Made by a program: the position numbers and the translations under genes. Below, piece by piece: positions 44,460 through 54,274 of a stretch of 64,000 nt of DNA; the first letter of the stretch is position 1; every line of letters starts with the position of its first letter. The DNA is taken from assembly GCA_963695855.1 (NCBI GenBank), contig CAVOHZ010000010.1:992001-1056000 (forward strand), in the 5' to 3' direction. Under the pieces are notes generated by a model. That model was not told the DNA's origin, did no database searches, and saw only the letters and a list, made by a program, of their open reading frames with translations. Source of the DNA: an uncultured Nitrososphaerales archaeon (GTDB taxonomy: Archaea > Thermoproteota > Nitrososphaeria > Nitrososphaerales > Nitrososphaeraceae).

Positions 44460-45476
44460 TCATAGGATATTTTTGTCTAACAAATCTACAAAATCTTGAA
44501 AGTTGTTTTCGGGTATTACTGCACCACATGCCTTGTCGTGACCACCTCCACTACCTCCAAGGCGTGATGCTATTTCATTAACGACTCTTCCAAGATGTGT
44601 ATTACACTCTTTTGATGCTCTGATAGAAATTATGAATGAACTTTTCTCTTCTTTAAATTTATACACTAGCGCAACTTTTTTTTCAGATGCGCCTAGGATA
44701 AAATTGACTACTGTACTTGATGCGAGGTCTAGAGTATTTTGAACAAACACAAGATTATTAGAAGTTCTTATTTCATCAGAGAGAGATACCAAGGCACGTG
44801 ATATTTTTTGAGCATATTTCTCTGCCTCAAGAAATCCACCGTCGATATCATGTGGAAATTTCATTTCAGATAGAGTTCTCACTATTCTGTGTAAATACTC
44901 ATCATCATTTTGATGCGAAGATATCATGTAGGATAACACAGTAGACTCCAGCATCAAGAATTGTCTATCATACCTTGATAATAGGGAAGAGGCCAAAGGT
45001 TTAGAATCAAGATAATCGGTTAAAGCTCCAGCTGCTGCAAAAAAAGCATAATGCTGTTTTAATCTTTTTTTATATTTGATATATACCTGAACGCTGGTTG
45101 ATTCTTCGGTAGAATGAACAAGGTTGACTCCAATATCCTTTATTTCATTTTTGATATCAGCATCCAGATCATGATGATCTATATAGGTAACTTTGTATCC
45201 TAAAGATACAAGTTTATTCAATATATTTACAAATTTTTTATGAATTTTTTTATTTAATCCTAAATCGCATATGAATATTCTATTATATCCTTTTGTTACT
45301 TGACCTAATTCATTAGAAAGCTTATCTAACTTATTTATTAGGTTGGCATAGTCTACTAGGATCGTAGATACTTTTTTAAAAGCCGAATTAATCAATACAG
45401 CAGAAGATATTCCATCAACATCTTCTTTATGAGATAAACAAATAGTGATAGACATTTTTGAAAGACTAAATATCAA
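44460..45476 (-). CDS. DHH/DHHA1 phosphoesterase (RecJ/NrnA-like)
   Basis: DVDG, ICDLG, IDHH, GGGHDKACG. Confidence 0.9.
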   Translation of the reverse strand: MIFSLSKMSITICLSHKEDVDGISSAVLINSAFKKVSTILVDYANLINKLDKLSNELGQVTKGYNRIFICDLGLNKKIHKKFVNILNKLVSLGYKVTYIDHHDLDADIKNEIKDIGVNLVHSTEESTSVQVYIKYKKRLKQHYAFFAAAGALTDYLDSKPLASSLLSRYDRQFLMLESTVLSYMISSHQNDDEYLHRIVRTLSEMKFPHDIDGGFLEAEKYAQKISRALVSLSDEIRTSNNLVFVQNTLDLASSTVVNFILGASEKKVALVYKFKEEKSSFIISIRASKECNTHLGRVVNEIASRLGGSGGGHDKACGAVIPENNFQDFVDLLDKNIL

Positions 45477-45719
45477 TTATTCTCTACAATTTGCATATTA
45501 AATGATTTTTTATTTTGCACAATATCCAGACGGGATTCTATTATAGTTGCTTTATAAAATTGAAAAACACTAGACTTGACATGAAAACGATCAAAAATAA
45601 TTTCAGCTATCATATACTTTTAATCCAATTGTTATTTAATATATATATTCTGTTGATATATTTAATGCAGCGTAATTAGTGTAGCAATATTGCGTGACAA
45701 CACTAGAAGATATTGGAAC

Positions 45720-45745
45720 AGGTTGTAGTCTATAACCTTTAAATA
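45720..45745 (+). promoter_or_regulatory. 19-bp near-palindrome abutting the TATA box of dpsL
   Basis: AGGTTGTAGTCTATAACCT (45720-45738) then TTTAAATA (45738-45745); ATG 23 nt later. Confidence 0.55.
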
Positions 45746-45767
45746 ATACCATTCAAATCCGAATACT

Positions 45768-46364
45768 ATGTCAGCAGATAATCAAAAAGGAACTGTTCCA
45801 AAAATTGTTGCTCTCGAAGTACTTGAAAAAAATGGAGTTAATGTTGAGAGATTGAAAGAATTGATAACTAAAGGTGTAGGAGCAGAATTTACAACCTATT
45901 ATTACTATACAATTTTGCGAATGCACTGTACGGGTTTAGATGGAGAAGGAATCAAGGAGATTGTAGAAGATGCTAGAATAGAAGATAGAAATCATTTTGA
46001 GGCCATGACTCCGCGACTTTATGAATTAGGTGGAAGTCTTCCAAGAGATATAAGAGACTTTGCAGACCAAGCCGGTTGTCCAGATGCGTATTTACCAGAA
46101 AACTGGCAAAATCTAGAATCAATTATGAAGGTACTCTTAGAAGCAGAACAATGCGCTATCAGATCTTGGGGTGAAGTGTGTGATATGACCGCTGGAAAAG
46201 ATCCCAGAACATATGACATTGCTCAGAGAATCATGCAAGAAGAGGTTGAACATGAGGCGTGGTTTATTGAACTTCTTTCAAAGAGGCCTTCAGGTCACTT
46301 TAGAAGAAAATATGTTGGACAATCACCTCACACTGGATCTCAAGGTGGATTAATTCACACATAA
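45768..46364 (+). CDS. dps: DPS-like (DpsL/thioferritin) protein
   Basis: [25 protein letters not shown], Cys pair GCPDAYLP / [23 protein letters not shown]. Confidence 0.93.
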   Translation: MSADNQKGTVPKIVALEVLEKNGVNVERLKELITKGVGAEFTTYYYYTILRMHCTGLDGEGIKEIVEDARIEDRNHFEAMTPRLYELGGSLPRDIRDFADQAGCPDAYLPENWQNLESIMKVLLEAEQCAIRSWGEVCDMTAGKDPRTYDIAQRIMQEEVEHEAWFIELLSKRPSGHFRRKYVGQSPHTGSQGGLIHT

Positions 46365-46453
46365 CTTTTTTTATTTTACTCCAAAATTTAAAAATTCTTA
46401 ACTGCGAAATAAATATAATACTTTTATTATCCATAATTTATGATTAGAATCAA

Positions 46454-46597
46454 ATGAAAAGAAGAATAGCTGAAATTTTAATGATAGCTTCCGGAATTGG
46501 TTTGACTATGGGTGCTAGTACTCTAAATGTTATCTCTTTGGTGTATGGAGGACTAGCTATCATGGGATTAGGGATAATATCCGTATTTTGGAGATAG
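46454..46597 (+). CDS. Small 2-TM protein (47 aa), not in ORF track
   Basis: MKRRIAEILMIASGIGLTMGASTLNVISLVYGGLAIMGLGIISVFWR*. Confidence 0.65.
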   Translation: MKRRIAEILMIASGIGLTMGASTLNVISLVYGGLAIMGLGIISVFWR

Positions 46598-46741
46598 AAT
46601 TAGTACTATCTAAAAAATAATGTCGTTTGGTACAATAGGTAAACAGCAAAAAACGGGTGTTTAAATATAAGAATTTGTGATCCTAAAATTCTTTTTAAAA
46701 AGATAAAAGACTACCAAGAAGAGAAAAGATCGATTGTTGTA

Positions 46742-47749
46742 ATGCATGATTTTTTTATTGACAGGATAATAAAAATCAAAAATCAAGAAGAACTCTTATC
46801 AATGATAGTTGAAAAATCAAAGTTTGGCGGTGGAAGTATTAGGGGAGTTCAGACCTTAGAAATTGAAGGAGGAAATGCTGTGAATGTAGCTTTTTGTCTT
46901 GCCAAATTAGGACTTGATGTACATCTGTTCACAATAGCAGACAACATAGGAAAAAAGATCTTGCTAAATTTATTTAAAGAATTAAAGAATGTAAAATTAC
47001 GTGTATTTTCTGGCAGACCTGGATATACTACTTCATTGGAATTTTTCAATTCATCAAGTAACGAATTGGAAGCTAATATCATGATTAGCGATGTTGGAGA
47101 CAATACTGACTTCGGACCAGATAGATTTTGCAGATCTACAGAAAAAAATGTTCTGGAAGCTGCTGATGCAGTAATTGTCTTGAATTGGGCATCCAATTTA
47201 AAAGGTGCTTCGCTTTTAGAATATGTTTTTAAAAATTCGCCTAATGCGTTTCATTTTATGGATCCTGCAGATATAAAGAGCAGAACAAAAGAATTTTGTT
47301 CATTATTGCGAGAACGTGCGGACATAATTGATATCTTGAGTTTAAATGAAAATGAATGTAATTCATTGCTTTTAGAATTAAATTATGGAGATCTAATATT
47401 AAAAAACTATTATGAAAGTAAAGAAATTAAATTGGCAGCAAAAACACTTGCAAAGAACCTAAAAATATCTATTGACTTGCATACTAAAAATGGATCGGTT
47501 TTTTCAGATGGAAAGGATATTTTTTTTGTCAAGTCATGGAGAGATATAATTATAAAAAGTTTGACCGGAGCTGGAGATTCATGGGATGCAGCAGATATAC
47601 TAGGACATCTATCAGGCCTTAATCCAAACGAACGATTATTTTTTGCTAATATATTTGCTGCTTTATATATATCCCAAGAAGATAGACGATTAATAACATT
47701 GGATAATGTTATCCAATTTTATAATAAGCTATATAAAATTACATCATAA
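46742..47749 (+). CDS. PfkB-family carbohydrate kinase
   Basis: GGNAVNVA..LAKLG, NENE, TGAGDSW; true start may be upstream. Confidence 0.9.
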   Translation: MHDFFIDRIIKIKNQEELLSMIVEKSKFGGGSIRGVQTLEIEGGNAVNVAFCLAKLGLDVHLFTIADNIGKKILLNLFKELKNVKLRVFSGRPGYTTSLEFFNSSSNELEANIMISDVGDNTDFGPDRFCRSTEKNVLEAADAVIVLNWASNLKGASLLEYVFKNSPNAFHFMDPADIKSRTKEFCSLLRERADIIDILSLNENECNSLLLELNYGDLILKNYYESKEIKLAAKTLAKNLKISIDLHTKNGSVFSDGKDIFFVKSWRDIIIKSLTGAGDSWDAADILGHLSGLNPNERLFFANIFAALYISQEDRRLITLDNVIQFYNKLYKITS

Positions 47750-47899
47750 ATTATAATTGTTCATAGATATTTGCTGTCATCTATGATATGGTTGCAAATG
47801 TTTGTAAATTTATCTAAAGTTAAATAATTAAATATATTTAAAGTTTGAAAATTTAGTACATAATATTAAATATAAAAGTATTTCACAAAAATAGTGAAG

Positions 47900-48778
47900 T
47901 TATTTTGAAAATGCTGTTTTTGTCACTAATTCTTCTATTTTTTTGTTAATATCCAATGTAACCTTCAATAAATCAGGCGTCCATCCACGTTTTTTAATAA
48001 ATGTGGACAATGCCTTTGTATCTTTTGGCAGACATGCACCTTCAAATGGCTTTCCTGCCATTGTTCCATATTTACCTATACGTTTATCTAATGACACTCC
48101 AAGGCTTACAGCCTTATCATCAATCGCTAATTCTTTGCAGAGCATGCCGATTTCGTTAAAGAATGAAATCTTCAATGACAAGAAACAATTGGAAGTATAT
48201 TTTATCATTTCAGCTGCCGCAAAGCTCGTTACGATAATCTTTTCAGTTAAAGGCTTGTAAATTTCTTGTAATAACTTCGAGCTACCTGCAAACTCTTCTC
48301 CAATAATAATTCGGTCGGGAACAAAAAAATCCTCATAGGCAGTATCCTGTCTTAGAAATTCCGGATTATAACATATATTGTAGTTTTTACCGCGTTGTAA
48401 TCTACAGTGTTTATCCATATAATCAACAACAACCTCTTTCATTGTTCCAGGTAACATTGTACTTCTAAATACTATCGAAGTCTCTCTGCCATTTTCTTTA
48501 TAATTTAATGCATCTGTTATAGAAAATAAAGCAGATTTTACTTGTGATAAATCCTGCTCATCATCATCTCCTGTTGGGGTATTCACACAGACAAAAGTAA
48601 TTTCACCATGTCCTAATGCTTCTTTAACATTCTTTGCAATCTGATATCCTTCTTTCTTTAATGTATCCAACCTAGTTTTAGAAATATCATAAAATAGTAC
48701 ATCATGGCCCAATTTACTAAATCCCTTGCCAGTTGCAGATCCCACAACACCAGAACCTATTATTGAAATTTTTACCAT
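47900..48778 (-). CDS. UDP-glucose/GDP-mannose 6-dehydrogenase family protein (short form)
   Basis: GSGVVG, CVNTP, RSTMLPGT, NPEFLRQ, AEMIKY, GACLPKD; ends at 292 aa. Confidence 0.9.
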   Translation of the reverse strand: MVKISIIGSGVVGSATGKGFSKLGHDVLFYDISKTRLDTLKKEGYQIAKNVKEALGHGEITFVCVNTPTGDDDEQDLSQVKSALFSITDALNYKENGRETSIVFRSTMLPGTMKEVVVDYMDKHCRLQRGKNYNICYNPEFLRQDTAYEDFFVPDRIIIGEEFAGSSKLLQEIYKPLTEKIIVTSFAAAEMIKYTSNCFLSLKISFFNEIGMLCKELAIDDKAVSLGVSLDKRIGKYGTMAGKPFEGACLPKDTKALSTFIKKRGWTPDLLKVTLDINKKIEELVTKTAFSK

Positions 48779-49033
48779 TATTAATTTCGCAACCCTCTAT
48801 ATACAAAAATCCATTTAAATAATCTGGATATATAAGTACTACGATCTCTTTTTATCCTAAATAGTTAGAAGGAATTCTTTTATAAATTGTTCTATAAAAT
48901 AATAATATAAATATCGATATAACAAATATGAGAAAAAAGATACGAAGGCATTTTTTTCATATTTCTATCATGAAAAATTTTTCGATCTACATATAAATTA
49001 GAATTGGTTATAATAAGAAATAAGAAACAATAG

Positions 49034-50491
49034 ATGTACAGGCTAGTAGATAGTAGAATACCAGAAGAAATTACGATTATTACGGTAATTGTAGCTTTAT
49101 CTGTACTTCTCATATTTTCAATACTTCTTACTTTTTCTCCCGGATTATTTAATCACGTTTCAATTGTAAAACCGATTGAAACATTTATTCTCAAGATATC
49201 TGAAGGTGTAGGTTTTGCCGCTATCACTTATTATCAGATCATATGGATATACATACCATTAGGATTAATAGGGTTATGGCGATGGAGTATATGGCTATTC
49301 AAAAAATCATCTTCACTACTTTATTATCCCATTAGTAACTGTAATGATGAACATCGCCATAAATATAGCATAATTACTCCTGTATACAATGAAGACCCCG
49401 CTATTTTTCAAGATGCGATAGAATCGTGGATTCAAAATAAACCAGATGAGATCATTGGTGTTATAGATCATAATGACAAGAAATGTATCGAGGTCTTTCA
49501 GAGAATATCAATAGATAGACCATTCATGAAACTCATTGTTATCGAAAAACCTGGCAAGAGACCTGCTTTAGCAGAGGGTATTAGAGAAGCAAGAAACAAG
49601 ATAGTTGCTCTAGTAGACAGTGATACAATATGGGAAAAAGATATAAGAAATTCAATATTATCGCCATTTGAAGATCCCACAATAGGAGGCGTAACCACAA
49701 GGCAACATCCTATTGAAAGACGAACAATCTGGCAAAAGATAACTGATATCTTGTGGGATATGAGAAATTATTATGATTTACCAGCGCAGACTGCAATGGG
49801 TCAAGCATTATCTTGTTTATCTGGAAGAACTTCACTATATAGAAAGGATATCATTGAAGGAAGTTTGGATGAATTTCTGAATGAGATAGTGCTAGAAAGA
49901 AGGAAAGAGTCTGGAGAAGATAAATGTCTTACAAGAATAGTTCATAAAAAGGGTTGGAAAACATATTACCAGAGCAATGCAGTAATATATTCTTACGCTG
50001 CTCCTGATTTCAAGACATTTTGGAGACAAAGGCTAAGATGGTCAAGAAATAGTCACAATTCAGATTTAGTTAGTTTATGGGACGGTTGGGCATGGAAACA
50101 TCCGTTTTTGGCATTTCATATTATTGATAGATTTATCTCTATTTTTACTCTATTTTTTGGTCCTATCTTCTTCGGAGTAGCACTTTTTATGAACCAATAC
50201 ATATTAGCACTTTCAATATTGGCATTATGGATGGTAGGAAGAGCAATAAAAATAATACCGCATCTTAAACGCTATCCCAAGGATATAACACTATTACCAA
50301 TATACGTTGTGATTAATTTTATCAGTGCGTTCGTCAAGCTTTATGCACTTGTAACAATCAGAGATCAAAAATGGATAAGGTCTAAGAATAGAAAAATTGG
50401 AACGTCACAGTTAAAAAATATAAAAAATTTAATATTGACCTCTGAAATAATTAGTTGTTTAATTTTTGTAGTAATTTACATTATAAAATAA
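49034..50491 (+). CDS. Processive GT2 polysaccharide synthase (hyaluronan synthase/NodC-like)
   Basis: PVYNED, GKR, VDSD, CLSGR, SGEDKCLT, QRLRW motifs; N- and C-terminal TM helices. Confidence 0.88.
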   Translation: MYRLVDSRIPEEITIITVIVALSVLLIFSILLTFSPGLFNHVSIVKPIETFILKISEGVGFAAITYYQIIWIYIPLGLIGLWRWSIWLFKKSSSLLYYPISNCNDEHRHKYSIITPVYNEDPAIFQDAIESWIQNKPDEIIGVIDHNDKKCIEVFQRISIDRPFMKLIVIEKPGKRPALAEGIREARNKIVALVDSDTIWEKDIRNSILSPFEDPTIGGVTTRQHPIERRTIWQKITDILWDMRNYYDLPAQTAMGQALSCLSGRTSLYRKDIIEGSLDEFLNEIVLERRKESGEDKCLTRIVHKKGWKTYYQSNAVIYSYAAPDFKTFWRQRLRWSRNSHNSDLVSLWDGWAWKHPFLAFHIIDRFISIFTLFFGPIFFGVALFMNQYILALSILALWMVGRAIKIIPHLKRYPKDITLLPIYVVINFISAFVKLYALVTIRDQKWIRSKNRKIGTSQLKNIKNLILTSEIISCLIFVVIYIIK

Positions 50492-50588
50492 ATTTCAAAA
50501 GACCGCTAACGAGTTTAAAAAGCAAAAAGAAGAGAATTTCATTACAATTCGGTATAGCTTTTATATTTCAAAAATAATTTAATATAGA

Positions 50589-50798
50589 ATGGGCAGGATA
50601 AACAAGGGTATAAAGTGCAGTGTTCAAGGCTGTGAAGAGGATGCCGAAAGGTCGATGAGTGAAAGCAAAGGCATGATGGCTTCAGATTTAAGTATTATTT
50701 CTTCGAGCAAGAGAGTATACCTATGCAGAAATCACTATAAAGAATGGAAAAAAGCTACCAAAGAAGATCGTGAAAATGAAAGGGCCAGATGGGGATAA
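50589..50798 (+). CDS. Small Cys/His-containing protein upstream of thrS
   Basis: CSVQGC ... LCRNH; 69 aa. Confidence 0.78.
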   Translation: MGRINKGIKCSVQGCEEDAERSMSESKGMMASDLSIISSSKRVYLCRNHYKEWKKATKEDRENERARWG

Positions 50799-50828
50799 AA
50801 AGATAGAGATTTAGAAGGTTTCCAGAAT

Positions 50829-52733
50829 ATGCGTTTACTGCAATTACATGCTGACTTTATTGAATACACACCTATTTCAAAGGAACTTAAAGATGCAGAA
50901 GATGAAATAAAACTAGAAACAAAGAGATTAGATAATTTAGTCGTAGCCTTTGTCTGCATAGAAAAATATGATGACAGGCAGATCATTGACAAAGCCCTGA
51001 ATGAGATAAAAAATTATTTAGAAAATATTAAAGTCAACAGATTATTAATATATCCCTATGCACATTTAAGTTCTGATTTAGCTTCGCCAAAAAATGCTTT
51101 TGAATTCATTATAGAACTTGAGAAATTAGCTAAAAAGATCATTAACAATGTAGAAAGAGCTCCTTTTGGTTGGACAAAATCGCTGAATATAAGTGTAAAA
51201 GGTCATCCACTTGCAGAAAATTTTAAAATCATTGACAAAAGTCAAGACAAAATAGGGACAGAAGTTTCTGATCGTTCCCATGTACATGAAATAGAGGTTG
51301 TATCGTCTGCTTTAAAATTTGAAGAAAAACAAGAATCAACATGGTTCATACTAGATATGGATGGAAATTTGATTCCTTTGGACAAGTTCAACTATAATAA
51401 TGATGGTAATTTTAAGAAACTTATAGATTATGAAACCGCCAAAAGAAGAATTGTGGATGAACAACCTCCTCATGTTGGATTGATGAGAAAAATGGGTATA
51501 GCAGATTACGAATCTGCATCTGATCCAGGAAATATTAGATTCTATCCAAAAGGTAGATTGATGAAATCTTTGATTGAACAATATGTAACCAAAAAAGTCC
51601 TTGAATATGGAGGAATTGAGGTAGAAACTCCTATCATGTATGATACCAAACACCCATCTATGGAGAGTTATTTTAACCGCTTTCCTGCGAGACAATATAA
51701 TATTTTATCGGATAATAAAACATTATTTCTTCGATTTGCAGCATGTTTTGGTCAATTTTTAATGGCCAAGGATTTTCATATTACTTATAAAAATCTTCCA
51801 CTAAAACTTTACGAATTAACTAGATATAGTTTTAGAAGAGAAAAAAGCGGGGAATTAGTAGGATTAAGGAGACTTAGGGCATTTAGTATGCCAGACTGTC
51901 ATGCATTTTGTAAAGATATGGAACAATCAAAGGAAGAATTCCTAAAAAGATTGGACTTGTCTATAGATGTGATATCTGCTTTCAACTTGAAAATAGAGGA
52001 AGACATAGAGATGGCAATCAGATTCACAGAACCGTTTTATATTGAGAATAGAGATTTTATTTTACAAATCCTAAAAAAATTTGGAAAACCAATACTTGTA
52101 GAAATGTGGAAGGAAAGATTCTTCTATTTTGTTTTGAAGTGGGAATTTAATTACATCGATAATTTGGGAAAGGCAGCGGCCCTATCTACTGATCAAATTG
52201 ATGTTGAAAATGGCAAAAGATACAATATTGAATTCGTTGACGAAGATGGAACAAAGAAGAATCCTATAATTTTACATAATTCTCCGAGTGGAGCTGTCGA
52301 AAGAGTATTGTATGCTCTATTAGAAAAAGCTGCAAAAATTATGCATAAGGGAGAAAGACCAGCATTTCCATTATGGTTAACGCATACTCAGGTAAGAATT
52401 ATTCCCATAAAAAAAAATCATGTTGAAAAATCGGAGGAAATCGAAGAGATTTTTGCCAAAAATCAGATAAGGGCCGATATAGATGATAGGGAAGAGTCTG
52501 TTGGAAAAAGAATAAGGGAAGCAGAAACTGAGTGGATTCCATTTATCATAGTGATAGGAGATAGGGAAGTTGAAACTTCTATGGTGGTTGTAAGGGATCG
52601 TGCCAGCAGCAATCAATATGAATCCAACCTAGACTTACTTATAAATAAAATCAAGATAGAGATACAAGGTAAGCCGTTTATGCCATTGAACTTACCGAAA
52701 TATCTATCAAAGCGACCTCAAATTATGACATAA
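50829..52733 (+). CDS. thrS: Threonine--tRNA ligase (archaeal type)
   Basis: Archaeal editing domain (YPYAHLS, RAPFGW, GHPLAE), RFAACFG, FRREKSGE, MPDCH, LHNSPSGAVER. Confidence 0.97.
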   Translation: MRLLQLHADFIEYTPISKELKDAEDEIKLETKRLDNLVVAFVCIEKYDDRQIIDKALNEIKNYLENIKVNRLLIYPYAHLSSDLASPKNAFEFIIELEKLAKKIINNVERAPFGWTKSLNISVKGHPLAENFKIIDKSQDKIGTEVSDRSHVHEIEVVSSALKFEEKQESTWFILDMDGNLIPLDKFNYNNDGNFKKLIDYETAKRRIVDEQPPHVGLMRKMGIADYESASDPGNIRFYPKGRLMKSLIEQYVTKKVLEYGGIEVETPIMYDTKHPSMESYFNRFPARQYNILSDNKTLFLRFAACFGQFLMAKDFHITYKNLPLKLYELTRYSFRREKSGELVGLRRLRAFSMPDCHAFCKDMEQSKEEFLKRLDLSIDVISAFNLKIEEDIEMAIRFTEPFYIENRDFILQILKKFGKPILVEMWKERFFYFVLKWEFNYIDNLGKAAALSTDQIDVENGKRYNIEFVDEDGTKKNPIILHNSPSGAVERVLYALLEKAAKIMHKGERPAFPLWLTHTQVRIIPIKKNHVEKSEEIEEIFAKNQIRADIDDREESVGKRIREAETEWIPFIIVIGDREVETSMVVVRDRASSNQYESNLDLLINKIKIEIQGKPFMPLNLPKYLSKRPQIMT

Positions 52734-52820
52734 ATATTTTTTAAATTTTTGAATTTTTATTTATTTATTTTTCTAATATGGAAACAAATAATAAAAATAG
52801 ATTTATGTGACCATGGAAAT

Positions 52821-54116
52821 CTATCCAGATAGGATCAATTGACTTGCAGTAACTGGAACCTTAGTTGTATTGGTTGACTGTGTGGCATTACCATAGACAG
52901 ATTGATACGCGTTTCTAACTATATCAAAAAATTTTGTGGTAAATATTTTGCTATCAGTAACGTTAATCAGGTTAAAGTTTTGGACCTGATGAGAATCTAC
53001 TCGCCATTGCCAAAATGCAGAACCCCAAACGTGCAGATTTTTAAAAGTTGCAACCATAAGATCCGCGTCGGTCTGGTTAATACTACTGAATGTTTCATTG
53101 ATAAATGTAATAATCTCTCCTTCTTCATCAATTATTTTATCTCGTTTTACATTGTTCCATTCACCTATGTAAAGCGGAACGTTTGCAAGACCGGCAGCTT
53201 GAACGAAGTTACCGAGTCTAGATTCCTGATAAGTATTTCCCTGTGGCAATCCATAAACACTTATTTTGAATATTACGTTTGTGGTGTTTGCAGGTGCCAT
53301 TTTTGCCAAGTTAATCGGATTAAGTTCTATAGGACTTTGTAAAGAGACAGGAATACTCATACTATATGCTAAAGTTTTAGTAGTACTCTTTCTTAGAAAA
53401 TCTGTCATGAAGGTATTGTATTTACCTATCTTTGACCATTGAGTTTTATCATGTACTTGAGGTTCACTTAAAATTTCATATCCAATCGTACTTTTATGAT
53501 TGTCAACGGTATCAACTATCTTTTTAAAATATTCTGTTTGCATAGTCCATGCATCCTTTCCATCCTTATCATGAACGTTTCTGTCCCACCAATTTGACCA
53601 CCATACTTTAGCAGTAGGATATTTAGTTCCTCCTCCACTACCATAAAAAAATGCAAAATCACCTTCAAATAATGAAAAGGGAAAACCAGTTCCTCTTTGG
53701 GGGTTCAGGTATGAAGAAGTATGAAACTGGTGATTATCATATAATACATGTATGTTATATTTGTCTGCTGTGGTTGCAACTGTTTTTAATTCTTCGATAA
53801 ACTGTACTGGATTTTTAGCGTATGCCTCCCAAAAAACCAAAAAACGAACATGATTCATACCTGATGAAGATAAAATCTTGAAACTTTCTTCAAAGTAATT
53901 TGGCGGTAAATCGTTGTCTACATCACGTGCTTGGGAGGTACGTGTATAGTATCCATGCATATCTACACCATTGAAAGGAGGCCCGTTATTTTCTTTATAT
54001 ATGGGTTGCTGAGCTTCTATCGGCAATGGCTTCGTTTGAAAAATATTTAAATTAAATACAAGTAGAATAGAAAAAGATAGTAGTATAAACACATGTTTAG
54101 ATTTATTTACTGACAA
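52821..54116 (-). CDS. Secreted clan GH-A (GH5/cellulase-like) glycoside hydrolase
   Basis: Signal peptide; GMNHVRF..FWE, YDNHQ, GYEILSEP (acid/base), YIGEW (nucleophile), AFWQW. Confidence 0.8.
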   Translation of the reverse strand: MSVNKSKHVFILLSFSILLVFNLNIFQTKPLPIEAQQPIYKENNGPPFNGVDMHGYYTRTSQARDVDNDLPPNYFEESFKILSSSGMNHVRFLVFWEAYAKNPVQFIEELKTVATTADKYNIHVLYDNHQFHTSSYLNPQRGTGFPFSLFEGDFAFFYGSGGGTKYPTAKVWWSNWWDRNVHDKDGKDAWTMQTEYFKKIVDTVDNHKSTIGYEILSEPQVHDKTQWSKIGKYNTFMTDFLRKSTTKTLAYSMSIPVSLQSPIELNPINLAKMAPANTTNVIFKISVYGLPQGNTYQESRLGNFVQAAGLANVPLYIGEWNNVKRDKIIDEEGEIITFINETFSSINQTDADLMVATFKNLHVWGSAFWQWRVDSHQVQNFNLINVTDSKIFTTKFFDIVRNAYQSVYGNATQSTNTTKVPVTASQLILSG

Positions 54117-54274
54117 TAATATTTCAGATTATACTTAGTAGACTTTTTTTATATATGTATCCCTGCAATTACATTTTTTTCTATAAATATTTTATGGGAA
54201 AATAATAGCGAAAAACCTGATTAACAATTGTAACGTCATTTATATAGAAGACTACTTTTAAATTAGTAACACAA

